Position numbers and translations under genes: made by a program
The notes under the pieces: generated by a model
What the model saw: the letters and a program-made list of their open reading frames with translations, nothing else
The model's database searches: none
Told to the model about the DNA's origin: nothing
Source: Candidatus Cloacimonadales bacterium
Lineage (GTDB): Bacteria; Cloacimonadota; Cloacimonadia; Cloacimonadales; JAIOQZ01
DNA: 64,000 nt
Assembly (NCBI GenBank): GCA_963666875.2
Contig: CAXXPU010000005.1
Coordinates: forward strand, 21,463-85,462
Reading direction: 5' to 3'
Shown here: one piece after another, positions 54,926-64,000 of the stretch
How positions within the stretch are numbered: position 1 is the stretch's first letter
Layout: each line of letters begins with the position of its first letter

Positions 54926-55807
54926 TTAAAACCATCCATGTTCTTCCATTTTAATAATCTCGTTTACCAGATCCTCGCTGATAAGGTCAATGGAAATCTG
55001 ATCTAATCGGAGTGTTTCGAGACACTTTTCGTACCTATCCGTCTCGGAATAAAGCGCATCCGAATATCCGATATCCATACGCTGGCAAATGTAATTCGCG
55101 AGATAGAGAACCTGAATCATTTGCTTGTTTTCGTATATGGAGCATTCCGGTGTGTGATGAAATCCGATGCCGGAGGTCAGGTTTGCCGGAAATCCCCAGT
55201 TTTCTGCGACGGCGAAACCAATCTGCTGATGCGTAAGTCCCTGATTTCTGTCCTCCACCAGATATAGATCCATCTTCGAATCTTCCGCTTCCAGTACATT
55301 GTTCACAAAGGATTCGTGCAAGAACTGATCCTCGACGATGATGCCGATATCATGCAGCAGACCAGCAGTATAGACCACGTGACCGGGGTCGCGCAATTCG
55401 CGTCGATAGATCATTTTACCGCAGAGCGCGACAGCGGCGCTGTGTTTCCAGAGCTTTGCTCTCGAATAGCTGCCGATTGCCTGATCCGCGCCGTGGAACA
55501 ACTCGCAGATCTTCTGGCTCAGCGCGAGTTCTTTCACCGTATTGAATCCCAGCCATACAATCGCCTGCTTGATCTCGTCGATGTAGCGTCTCGATCCGTA
55601 GTACGCCGAATTCGCCAGGCGGATGACCTTTGCGCAGAGCGGCGGATCGTGCTCGATGATCTCGGTAAGGTCGCTGGCACTGGTTCCCGGGTCGTTGATC
55701 ACGCGAAAGATCTCCATCAGGCTTTGTCGAATCGTCGAAATATACGACTGATTTACCTGCTTGATAAGCTCATTGATGGTCATGATCGGCTTTTTCTCTT
55801 GATCCAT
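54926..55807 (-). CDS. HDOD-domain signalling protein
   Basis: DLTEIIEHDPPLCAKVIRLANSAYYG ... GLLHDIGIIV ... HH at GIGFHHTPE. Confidence 0.8.
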   Translation of the reverse strand: MDQEKKPIMTINELIKQVNQSYISTIRQSLMEIFRVINDPGTSASDLTEIIEHDPPLCAKVIRLANSAYYGSRRYIDEIKQAIVWLGFNTVKELALSQKICELFHGADQAIGSYSRAKLWKHSAAVALCGKMIYRRELRDPGHVVYTAGLLHDIGIIVEDQFLHESFVNNVLEAEDSKMDLYLVEDRNQGLTHQQIGFAVAENWGFPANLTSGIGFHHTPECSIYENKQMIQVLYLANYICQRMDIGYSDALYSETDRYEKCLETLRLDQISIDLISEDLVNEIIKMEEHGWF

Positions 55808-55816
55808 GTTGCTCAG

Positions 55817-56962
55817 CTAAATCTTCTGAAAGCCGAAGCCTTTCTCGAACACCCGTAAACAGGCATCGACGACTTCTGCTTCGAAGGAAACGCTACGCTC
55901 CTTCCTTATTTGTTCCAGTGCGAAATCGGTGCCCAGTGACGGGCGATATGGACGATGGGAAGAAATCGCTTCGACAACGTCCGCAACAGCGATTATCTTC
56001 GCTTCCGGCAAAATCATGTCACTCTTCAGTCCATTGGGATAGCCTGTTCCGTCGATTCGCTCGTGGTGCTGATAGACGATCTCGGCGACGGGCCAGGGGA
56101 AGTCGATCGACTTGAGTATCTCGTAGCCTTTGGCGGGATGAAGCTTGAGGAATTCAAATTCCACCGGCTCCAGCTTGCCCGGCTTGGAGAGGATTTCACT
56201 GGGAATATACATCTTTCCGAGATCGTGCACAATAGCCGCGGCACGCAACGCATCCATGCTGATCTGGTCGAGGTTCATCTCCTCAGCGATTGCACGGGCG
56301 AGTTGCCAGACGCGTTGCTGATGACCCGCAGTATAGGGATCGCGTATCTCGACAAGTCGCGCCATGGTCAGGATGATCTCGAACATCAGCTCGTTCAGTC
56401 GGTTGTTGGTCTTTTCGAGTGCTTCGCCTGTCTTCTTGCGCTGATCGATCTCGTTGCGGAGTTCGGCAGTTCGTTCCTTGACCCGCTTCTCGAGTTCTTC
56501 GTTTGTTTTGCGGATCTTCTCTTCGAGTTGCATCCGTTCGTTTATTTCGTGCTGAAGCTTGTCGTTCATGTTCTTCAGCTTCTCGTGGGACTTGCTCAAT
56601 TCCAGATGAACCTTGATACGGGCTTGCAATTCGGTTTCGTTGAAGGGCTTGGTGACGAAGTCCTGTCCGCCGGCGTCGTATGCCTCCACGATGCTCTCGG
56701 TGTCCATCTTCGCGGTAAGGAAAATGATGGGAATATCCCTGGTTGCCGGGTCGCCTTTCAATTTGCGGCAAACCTCGAAACCGTCCATGTCGGGCATCAT
56801 GATGTCCAGCAGGATCAGGTCGAAGGTATTTGACTTCACGCGTTCGAGCGCTTCTTTACCGTTGGTCGCGAATACAATCGAGTAATCCATTTTACGCAAT
56901 ATGTTTCCGGCAACCATGATATTGTTCGGTACGTCATCTACCAGCAGCAACCTGTATTTCAT
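55817..56962 (-). CDS. Response regulator with an HD-GYP output domain
   Basis: REC (LLVDDVPNN..., DLILLDIMMPDMDGFEV, FLTAK). Coiled-coil linker. HD-GYP (IVHDLGKMYIP, HHERIDGTGYPNGL). Confidence 0.9.
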   Translation of the reverse strand: MKYRLLLVDDVPNNIMVAGNILRKMDYSIVFATNGKEALERVKSNTFDLILLDIMMPDMDGFEVCRKLKGDPATRDIPIIFLTAKMDTESIVEAYDAGGQDFVTKPFNETELQARIKVHLELSKSHEKLKNMNDKLQHEINERMQLEEKIRKTNEELEKRVKERTAELRNEIDQRKKTGEALEKTNNRLNELMFEIILTMARLVEIRDPYTAGHQQRVWQLARAIAEEMNLDQISMDALRAAAIVHDLGKMYIPSEILSKPGKLEPVEFEFLKLHPAKGYEILKSIDFPWPVAEIVYQHHERIDGTGYPNGLKSDMILPEAKIIAVADVVEAISSHRPYRPSLGTDFALEQIRKERSVSFEAEVVDACLRVFEKGFGFQKI

Positions 56963-56965
56963 CTC

Positions 56966-59683
56966 CTACCTCCGGGCCTGTTCAAGTTCTTCAACCAGCT
57001 TGGGAAACCGCTGAAACAGGTTATTCATCCTTTCGATATCGAAGTTCGTCACATGCGTTTTCAACTGTCTGGCAAAATCCTCGACAGGCGGAATCGCCGC
57101 GTCGTGAGCAAATGCCTGCAACTGTTCTGCAAATTCGCTTATTCTGTCAATATCACCGCTTGCCTGCGCCGACTGAAACGCCTTCCGGAATCGCTGATTC
57201 AGCTCATCCAGTTTCTGAGGATCGATATCAAGTTCTTCGAGAATATAACCGGCATCTTCCTGTTCTATTCTTTCCGGTTGATCCGGGGCTTTACACGGTA
57301 GATGCTGCGCAAGCTCCTTCAGAAGATCGTGCCGCTGAACCGGCTTTCGAAGAAAACTATCAAAGCCTTTCTCCATGATCTGGTCAATATCTTTCTTCAT
57401 TACCGACGCTGTCAATGCAATGATTTTAATATCACTGGTCGAATCATCGTTCTTCAGGATCTCCGTCGCCTCGTCGCCATTCATGACAGGCATTCGAATA
57501 TCCATAAATATGATATCCGGTTTACGCTCTCTGGCAACTTCGATCGCTTCTTTTCCGTCGCATGCTTCGAATATCGTAAGCGGTTGATCTAAGAGGAATT
57601 CCTTTACCAGATTGCGGTTGTTCTCGATGTCATCGACCACCAGCACTCCGGCGGGTTCGAAGGTGATCTGATCCGGGTCGAACAGTTCGTCACGTTTGAC
57701 CTTCGCGGACAGTGCGGAGATCGCAACATCCCGAAAAACGATTTCGAAAACCGAGCCTTTATTGAGTACGCTACGTACGGCGATCCTACCGTTCATCATC
57801 TCGACCAGGCGTTTGGTTATAGTCAGCCCCAGCCCGGTTCCGCCGTATTTCTTCGTGCTCTGCCCATCCTGCTGCCGGAACGATTCGAAGATCTTCTCGA
57901 TCGATTCGATCGGAATACCAATTCCGGTGTCCTCGATCTCGAACACCAGATCGATCGTGCTTCCATCCTGGCTTTCAGCGCGTTTTTCGGCGCTGAGGCT
58001 AATATGTCCGCGATCGGTGAACTTCACCGCGTTGCCGATCAGGTTGAACAGGATCTGGCGCAACCGCACTTCATCGAGGAGGAGGTTTGGCGGGATGTTT
58101 CTGTCGATGTTGATCAGCAGATCGATACCTTTTTCCTGAATCCGGACGTTGAAGATATGCCTGATCTCGTCGAACAGAGAATAGAGACTGACCGGTTCGA
58201 ACTGGAGCTCGAGTTTTCCCGCTTCGATCTTGGAGAGGTCGAGGATGTCGTTGATCAGCGTAAGGAGGTTCTTGCCGCTCGATTTAATCGATTGCAGATA
58301 GCTGCGCTGACGTTCATCGGTCACCAGCGAATCGAGCAGTTCGGCAAATCCGAGCACGGCGTTCATGGGCGTACGGATCTCGTGGCTCATATTGGCGAGG
58401 AACTCGCTTTTCGCGGTGGCGGCGCGTTCCGCCAGCTCCTTGGCGATCTTGAGTTCCTGCTCGTAGCGCTTCTGATCGGTGATATCCACGACGTAGCCCA
58501 GCAGGTTGCAGAATTCTCCCTGTTTGTTGCGTATGACGGTCACATACATCTTGACCCAGATCACGTCGCCTTCGATGTGAACAATGCGGAAGGGTTCGTG
58601 CTCGAAGTTCATGATATTGGGTTTGGAGAAAAAATAATCGCGCTCTTCCTGAACTCTGCGGCGGTCGCTGAGATGGATGAGGTTGTCGAATCCACCGGCT
58701 TCGTCGAGGATCTGTTCTTTCGTGAAACCGATAATATCGGCGCAGTTGGGCGATACGTATTCGAGCTGCATGCCTGAATTGTTTCGATCCCATCGCAGGA
58801 TTAAAACCGGCCCCTGGATAAACAGATTACGCTCGTTCTTGAGGTTATCCTCGACCATACGCAATTGCGTGATATCGGTTCCGGTGCCGATCAGACGTTT
58901 CAGTTTCCCTGTATCATCGTACATCGCCTTACCGCGGAACAGGACATAGCGCATTCCGATATCGGTACCTGGCAGGTGCTCTTCGATCTCGACTTCGAGC
59001 TGGTCCGTTTTACCGTCGATGTGATCGTAGCCGGCTTGCAGAAAGCGTGTAGCACCGTCTTCCGGCAGATACTTCTTCAAATCGTCAATCTGATAGGCTA
59101 TATCATCGCCTTCTATGCCGAGGATCATCTTCAAGGTGGGGTAGAAGTAGATCTCGCCTGCTTCAGGACTCCATTCCCAAACGCCGACGCGCCCAGCGTG
59201 GGTTGCCATTTGATATCGCTGTTCGCTCTCGGATAGGGCTTTCTGCATCTGTTTGCGATTGGCTTCCTCTTCCCGAAGCTGTCGCTCCAGGATTGCCGAT
59301 CTGCCCAATTCGCGAACCAGCTTCTCGAGTTTTTTACTCTCGATAGGCTTGATCAGGAATCCGTTGACACCGACGTCGATTGCTGCGATGAAGAAATCGG
59401 TCTCCTCATGTGCCGACATGACAATGAACCGCGCCTCGGTTCCATCTTCACGAATTGCCCGAATCATCTCCAGCCCGTTCATGACCGGCATACGGATGTC
59501 GGTTACAACCAGATCGGGCTGATGCAACCGATAGAGTTCCAATCCTTCCTTGCCGTTTTCGCCGATATAGACGGTGTCGGCGAGTGTGTGCATCATTTCC
59601 CCGACGATACTGCGCATCTGCGGGTCGTCATCGACATAGAGAAGTTTGAGTGGCATTTTTTCCACGATTATCTCCCTACTCAT
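56966..59683 (-). CDS. Hybrid sensor kinase (REC, 2 PAS, HisKA, HATPase, REC, Hpt-like tail)
   Basis: N-terminal REC (LLYVDDDPQM, DLVVTDIRMPVMNG). H-box MSHEIRTPMNAVLGFAELL. G-box GGTGLGLTITKRLVEMMNG. Second REC (VLVVDDIENN, DIIFMDIRMPVMNGDEAT). The helical C-terminus is only tentatively Hpt. The ORF is open to 59764, and the start could be 59683 or 59656. Confidence 0.85.
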   Translation of the reverse strand: MSREIIVEKMPLKLLYVDDDPQMRSIVGEMMHTLADTVYIGENGKEGLELYRLHQPDLVVTDIRMPVMNGLEMIRAIREDGTEARFIVMSAHEETDFFIAAIDVGVNGFLIKPIESKKLEKLVRELGRSAILERQLREEEANRKQMQKALSESEQRYQMATHAGRVGVWEWSPEAGEIYFYPTLKMILGIEGDDIAYQIDDLKKYLPEDGATRFLQAGYDHIDGKTDQLEVEIEEHLPGTDIGMRYVLFRGKAMYDDTGKLKRLIGTGTDITQLRMVEDNLKNERNLFIQGPVLILRWDRNNSGMQLEYVSPNCADIIGFTKEQILDEAGGFDNLIHLSDRRRVQEERDYFFSKPNIMNFEHEPFRIVHIEGDVIWVKMYVTVIRNKQGEFCNLLGYVVDITDQKRYEQELKIAKELAERAATAKSEFLANMSHEIRTPMNAVLGFAELLDSLVTDERQRSYLQSIKSSGKNLLTLINDILDLSKIEAGKLELQFEPVSLYSLFDEIRHIFNVRIQEKGIDLLINIDRNIPPNLLLDEVRLRQILFNLIGNAVKFTDRGHISLSAEKRAESQDGSTIDLVFEIEDTGIGIPIESIEKIFESFRQQDGQSTKKYGGTGLGLTITKRLVEMMNGRIAVRSVLNKGSVFEIVFRDVAISALSAKVKRDELFDPDQITFEPAGVLVVDDIENNRNLVKEFLLDQPLTIFEACDGKEAIEVARERKPDIIFMDIRMPVMNGDEATEILKNDDSTSDIKIIALTASVMKKDIDQIMEKGFDSFLRKPVQRHDLLKELAQHLPCKAPDQPERIEQEDAGYILEELDIDPQKLDELNQRFRKAFQSAQASGDIDRISEFAEQLQAFAHDAAIPPVEDFARQLKTHVTNFDIERMNNLFQRFPKLVEELEQARR

Positions 59684-59912
59684 GGTTGAGAATGATTTAT
59701 CGGGCGTTTGTTGTCCAGTACCCCAGCGTCTACACCACGCAAAACAGTGTATGTGCCCAGACATTTCAAGACTGGAATTACCGCACCTTAATAAAAGATA
59801 GGATAACGAAAAACTGATTGTCTGTCAATGGATAAATTCGATCTCGCCCAACGATCAATATCGATTTTCCGATACGATTCGTGAAGGTTTTTATTTACAG
59901 GGAAATGCTCGT

Positions 59913-60302
59913 TTGAATAATATGGCTGGAAAAAACGATACTGGAGCGCAAGACATGAAAATCGATTTGAAGAAGTTCACGCAAGTCATCGAAGGCGAGA
60001 TTATCACGAGTGATGAAGTAATCGACAATATCACAATAACCGGCGGATACGTATCCGATCTTCTCAGCGACGTGATGGGCAACGCGAAAGAGGGACAACT
60101 CTGGATAACCATCATGCGGCATTTGAACGTAATCGCCGTCGCATCGCTCGCCGGGATCCCTGCCGTCGTGTTCGCGCGGAATCTCAGACCGGAAGCCGCC
60201 ATCATCGAGCGTGCCCAGAAGGAAGAGATCGCACTCATCGTCAGTCCGCTGACCACGTTCGAGATCGCCGGACTGCTCTACCGGGAACTGCACGGAGAAT
60301 AA
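59913..60302 (+). CDS. DRTGG-domain protein
   Basis: ITITGGYVSDLLSDVMGNAKEGQLWITIMRHLNVIAVASLAGIPAVVFARN. An alternative start is the ATG at 59955. Confidence 0.65.
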   Translation: MNNMAGKNDTGAQDMKIDLKKFTQVIEGEIITSDEVIDNITITGGYVSDLLSDVMGNAKEGQLWITIMRHLNVIAVASLAGIPAVVFARNLRPEAAIIERAQKEEIALIVSPLTTFEIAGLLYRELHGE

Positions 60303-60305
60303 TGC

Positions 60306-61064
60306 TTGAGATCCTGGAAATGTGATCTGCATATCCACTCGGTGCTCTCTCCCTGCGCGTCGCTGGAGATGTCTCCCCGCGCCGTGATCCAACGAGCGTT
60401 GGAAGAGAAGCTGGATATCATCGCGATCACCGACCACAACACCATGTCCAACAGTGCGGTGTTTCACCGCGCGGCAGCCGATGCCGGGATCGTGTGCCTG
60501 TTCGGCGTCGAGATCCAGACCATGGAAGAAATCCATGTGGTGGGACTCTTCGACGACGAAGAAAAAGCGATGCAATTCGATCGCGAGCTGTATCAAGCGC
60601 TGCCGCCGATTCCGAACGATCCGGAATATTTCGGTGATCAGGTAGTGATCGATATCGATGAGAACATCGTCCGTTGCGAAGAAAAAGCGCTGTTGAATTC
60701 GGTCGAGTGGGATATGGACACGACGCTTCAAATGATTGATCAATACGGCGGATATGGCTTCCCTGCGCATGTAAACGCAGCCACCTACAGCCTGATCAGC
60801 CAGCTCGGATTTATTCCCACCAATCCGCTTATTACTGCTCTCGGTATTACCGCCAATTGCGACGAAGAAGCGTTTCTGAGTAACTACCCCGCTGCCAGAG
60901 ACTATCCACGGCTGCGGAATTCAGACGCGCATTATCTGAGGGATATCGATTCCGGTTTCACCATACTCGAGATGGATGCGCCGACGATTGCGGAAATTAA
61001 AAGGGTGATGAAGGAAGGAGTCAGGAGACTGGAGCCAGGAACCTCCGGGCGAGCCATCCCTTGA
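60306..61064 (+). CDS. PHP-domain phosphoesterase
   Basis: WKCDLHIHSVLSPCASLEMSP...LDIIAITDHNT ... HVNA ... NSDAHY. TTG start 3 nt after the DRTGG stop. Confidence 0.8.
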   Translation: MRSWKCDLHIHSVLSPCASLEMSPRAVIQRALEEKLDIIAITDHNTMSNSAVFHRAAADAGIVCLFGVEIQTMEEIHVVGLFDDEEKAMQFDRELYQALPPIPNDPEYFGDQVVIDIDENIVRCEEKALLNSVEWDMDTTLQMIDQYGGYGFPAHVNAATYSLISQLGFIPTNPLITALGITANCDEEAFLSNYPAARDYPRLRNSDAHYLRDIDSGFTILEMDAPTIAEIKRVMKEGVRRLEPGTSGRAIP

Positions 61065-61069
61065 GAGAA

Positions 61070-61091
61070 GGGCAGACACAGAGGCCTGCCC
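61070..61091. terminator. Hairpin between the convergent PHP and malQ genes
   Basis: GGGCAG-ACACAGAGGC-CTGCCC. No strong T-run. Confidence 0.4.
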
Positions 61092-61098
61092 TGAAATA

Positions 61099-62547
61099 TT
61101 ACTGCAAACCTTTCAGCCAACGGGCGTCATCGAGCTTCAGCATATTCTCGCGATAACGCCATTCCCAGTTACCGTCCGCGATACCGGGGACATTCATCCG
61201 GGCGCTGGTGTTGAGGCTCATCAAGTCTTGCAGTGGAATGATCACATACAAACCACTCGTCTGGTACGCGAATTCGATCAGATCGTGTGCGATATGCTCA
61301 TTATCGGTCGCAAGATACTCTTTCACTTTGTTGTATAGAGCTGGATTTTCGTCTTCCAGTTTCTCGAACCATCCACGCGTCGTATCGTTGTCGTGCGTGC
61401 CGGTATATACCACGGTGTTTTCCTCGAAATCCCACTGCATGTCGTCAAACATGAATTGCAGCACCTGCATTCCGGGGAAGTTGAATCGCTTGCGCAGTTC
61501 AACCACCTCATCCGTGACTACGCCGAGGTCTTCCGCGATAATCGGATATTCCGGATAGCGCTCCATCAGAGCCTGGAAGAACATTTTTCCCGGTCCGTTT
61601 CGCCATTCGCCGTTGACGGCAGTCGCTTCTCCGAATGGAACCGCCCAGTAGCGCACGAATCCGATGAAGTGATCGATCCTAACGATATCGACCATCTTGT
61701 GTAGATGTCCCATTCGATGGATCCACCATTTATACTCGTTTTTATACATGGTTTCCCAATCGTAAATTGGATTTCCCCATAGTTGACCGGTCTCGGAGAA
61801 GTAGTCCGGCGGTACTCCGGCGACGATTTCCGGGCGTCCGAATTTATCGAGGTGATAGAGTTCTCTGTGGCTCCACACATCCGCGCTGTCGTACGAGACG
61901 TAGATGGGCAGATCGCCTACAATCCTTATGCCTTTTTCGTTGGCGTATTCTTTCAGCTTGGCCCATTGCTTGTAGAAGATGAACTGCACGAACGCGTGGT
62001 AGTCGCTTTCCTTCTGCATGGTCTTGTAAAGCTGTTGCGTTTCACCGGATTTATTGTCGTGAAACGATTCGTCCCACTGATTCCACGGCAGGTGCTGGAA
62101 GTGATTCTTCAGCGTAATGAACAGCGTGAAATCGTTGATCCAGTAGGCGTTGTCCTCCATGAACCGCTTGAGTTCATCCTGGTTGCCATCCTTCTGGAAT
62201 CGCTCGAATGCCTTCCTGAGTAGAGAATTCTTGAACTCGATGACAGGACCGTATTCAACATAATTGGGACTGAAGGCCGGAACCTCCAGCACTTCGCGTC
62301 GATCCAGCAGACCCATCTGCATGAGCTGCACTGGATCGATCAGCGCCGGATTTCCTGCAAACGCCGAGATGGCGTTGTAAGGAGAGTTTCCATAGCCGGG
62401 ATAGGTCAGCGGCAGGATTTGCCAGAGGTGTTGCCCGGCTTCTTTGAGGAAATCGACGAATTTATAGGCGCTGGTTCCGAAATCTCCAATTCCGAATGGG
62501 GACGGCAGCGACGTCGGATGCAACAGAATGCCGCAGGTTCGTTCCAT
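61099..62547 (-). CDS. malQ: 4-alpha-glucanotransferase (amylomaltase, GH77)
   Basis: RTCGILLHPTSLPSPFGIGDFG...WQILPL, VGDLPIYVSYDSADVW, IRIDHFIGF, IAEDLG, YTGTHDNDT. Confidence 0.9.
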   Translation of the reverse strand: MERTCGILLHPTSLPSPFGIGDFGTSAYKFVDFLKEAGQHLWQILPLTYPGYGNSPYNAISAFAGNPALIDPVQLMQMGLLDRREVLEVPAFSPNYVEYGPVIEFKNSLLRKAFERFQKDGNQDELKRFMEDNAYWINDFTLFITLKNHFQHLPWNQWDESFHDNKSGETQQLYKTMQKESDYHAFVQFIFYKQWAKLKEYANEKGIRIVGDLPIYVSYDSADVWSHRELYHLDKFGRPEIVAGVPPDYFSETGQLWGNPIYDWETMYKNEYKWWIHRMGHLHKMVDIVRIDHFIGFVRYWAVPFGEATAVNGEWRNGPGKMFFQALMERYPEYPIIAEDLGVVTDEVVELRKRFNFPGMQVLQFMFDDMQWDFEENTVVYTGTHDNDTTRGWFEKLEDENPALYNKVKEYLATDNEHIAHDLIEFAYQTSGLYVIIPLQDLMSLNTSARMNVPGIADGNWEWRYRENMLKLDDARWLKGLQ

Positions 62548-62550
62548 GCG

Positions 62551-63003
62551 TTATTCTCCGTATTTTTTCGTGGGATCCGATTTTACTTCGTAAGGTGTCT
62601 TTCCAAACGACAGGTCTTCGTGGATTGTTACGGTACCTTTTGCCATGGGTATGATTAAGTCCGTTTCCGTGCCATCGTCTCCGATCAGCCAGACATGAAT
62701 GTGATGACCTTCACCATGAACACTAAGAACACCGAGCTGAACCAATAGTGTACCCGTTTCAGGATCGTATTTCGAGCCTTTGGCCGTGTCTTCTTCGTCT
62801 TCCCAGTTCATGTAGAACGGACCAAGTCCTGGACCTTGATATTCTTCGTTGGTGAATTTCAACGATATTTCCTTGTGCGTGGTCTTACCATCTTCATGAT
62901 ACAATTTCATCACGATCGCATGAGGAGTTCCGATTGGTTTTTCCTGTGCTGCGAGCATTGCGAAGATTGAGAACACAACGACTAAAATCAATGTTTTGCG
63001 CAT
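62551..63003 (-). CDS. Small secreted hypothetical protein immediately upstream of malQ
   Basis: The ATG at 63003 is preceded by GGAGG. Signal peptide MRKTLILVVVFSIFAMLAAQ. No recognisable domain. The ORF is open to 63165, but that extension overlaps the htpG end. Confidence 0.6.
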   Translation of the reverse strand: MRKTLILVVVFSIFAMLAAQEKPIGTPHAIVMKLYHEDGKTTHKEISLKFTNEEYQGPGLGPFYMNWEDEEDTAKGSKYDPETGTLLVQLGVLSVHGEGHHIHVWLIGDDGTETDLIIPMAKGTVTIHEDLSFGKTPYEVKSDPTKKYGE

Positions 63004-63112
63004 ATTGCCTCCAACTGGTATTGAATGTAAAATTACGATTGCTTCCCGAAGAAAGCAATCGTTTTTTTGTATTTCTTCTTTCTCGATTAATAACGAAAAG
63101 GACCTGCGAATC

Positions 63113-64000
63113 TTACAACATTCGCAGGACGCGATTGGCATTGTCCAGGAATTTGCGCAATTCATCGCCGTCGAACTGTTTCTGCTCGATCAGGGCGAGC
63201 TGATGCAGGTAAGTGCACAAGAGCTTGACATCCTCTTCCTTGCCCAGGCCGTCGAGCTTCAAGATCTTCTTCACGGTTGGGTTACCCACATTGACCACCA
63301 GCGTGTGATTCGCCAGAAGATCGGTTTTTGATCCCGGCATCAGCATGCTCATCTCCTGGAATCTGCGCATGTGCTCGTTCAGGACGACCAGCGAGGGGAT
63401 GTCGTTCGACTTGAGGTGCTTCGGCTCCACGGTGATCTGCTTGTTGTCCAGCGCTTTGTCGAAGATATCCTTGACCCGTTCGGCCTCGGTCTTGTTGTCC
63501 GCATCGACGATCTCTGCCTTCTCAGTATCGACAACTTCATCCAGCAGCTCCGAATCGATCCGCGCGAATCCGGTAAACGGCGTGCTCATCTCAAAGCGTT
63601 GGAAGAGGTGTGTATCAAGCGGAGAGTCGGTGAAAATTACCTCCGCGCCCATATCCTTCATCATCTTCAGGTATGTCACCTGCGAGTTTTCGCCTGGCGA
63701 GTAGAAGTAGCGATAATTCTTGTTCTCGTCTTTCTCGTCGCCGAACGGCTTGGTGAAGTTGATATCCTTCTGGTTGTTTTCCTTGTACTCGGCGAGCGTA
63801 ACCCAGCGGTCTTCGGAGGTCTTGTAGATGACCAAGTCCTTGAGCTGTTCGAAGAAATCCTCGTTGGTCAGCAGTCCCACCTTGACGAAGTGGTTCATGT
63901 CCTTCCAAAGCTCTTCGTATTTCTTGCGATCGTTCTTGAAGAGGGACTTGAAGTGATCGGATACCTTCTTCACGATGTATCCGGAGATCTTGCTGACCTG
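63113..64000 (-). CDS. htpG: Molecular chaperone HtpG (Hsp90), C-terminal part; the gene continues past the right edge
   Basis: FYSPGENSQVTYLKMMKDMGAEVIFTDSPLDTHLFQRFEM and the C-terminal LCTYLHQLALIEQKQFDGDELRKFLDNANRVLRML. The frame is open to nt 64000. Confidence 0.85.
   Translation of the reverse strand, partial: QVSKISGYIVKKVSDHFKSLFKNDRKKYEELWKDMNHFVKVGLLTNEDFFEQLKDLVIYKTSEDRWVTLAEYKENNQKDINFTKPFGDEKDENKNYRYFYSPGENSQVTYLKMMKDMGAEVIFTDSPLDTHLFQRFEMSTPFTGFARIDSELLDEVVDTEKAEIVDADNKTEAERVKDIFDKALDNKQITVEPKHLKSNDIPSLVVLNEHMRRFQEMSMLMPGSKTDLLANHTLVVNVGNPTVKKILKLDGLGKEEDVKLLCTYLHQLALIEQKQFDGDELRKFLDNANRVLRML

Overview
64-kb window from what appears to be an uncultured FCB-group bacterium, possibly Cloacimonadota-like. 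That placement is inference, based on many secreted proteins ending in a type-A T9SS sorting domain (NYPNPFNP...KMILLK) and on a ptb fermentation gene. All calls come from reading the ORF translations and the DNA by eye; no searches were run.

I call about 45 protein genes. I saw no rRNA, intact tRNA or CRISPR array.

Core genes, which sample at roughly 53-57% G+C on hand-counted lines:
- a Dus / TrmH / GAF-HD-GYP / TPR operon
- isochorismatase-like and MobA-like genes
- a cNMP-FHA protein
- pyruvate kinase
- several sensor kinases
- an endonuclease-V-type glycosylase
- an NfeD-flotillin pair
- ptb, malQ and a partial htpG

Accessory content:
- a 5'-partial fused GT4-TagF-GT2-TagF-GT4 glycopolymer synthase, more than 1,500 aa long
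- eight T9SS-cargo genes, including a C25 gingipain-like protease, a C10 streptopain-like protease and a three-gene paralog cluster
- a lower-GC island bounded by two transposase relics, carrying a 2,186-aa Pmp-like beta-helix giant with a near-identical 1.1-kb internal duplication
- a strongly AT-rich orphan 647-aa gene with a PD-(D/E)xK / Mrr-like nuclease motif, which is my best candidate for something new (defence-like)

Other observations:
- Two families of structured intergenic repeats with compensatory stem changes sit directly 3' of operons.
- Four genes are split by single frameshifts, and two of those sites share the 9-mer CCGTTTCAA.
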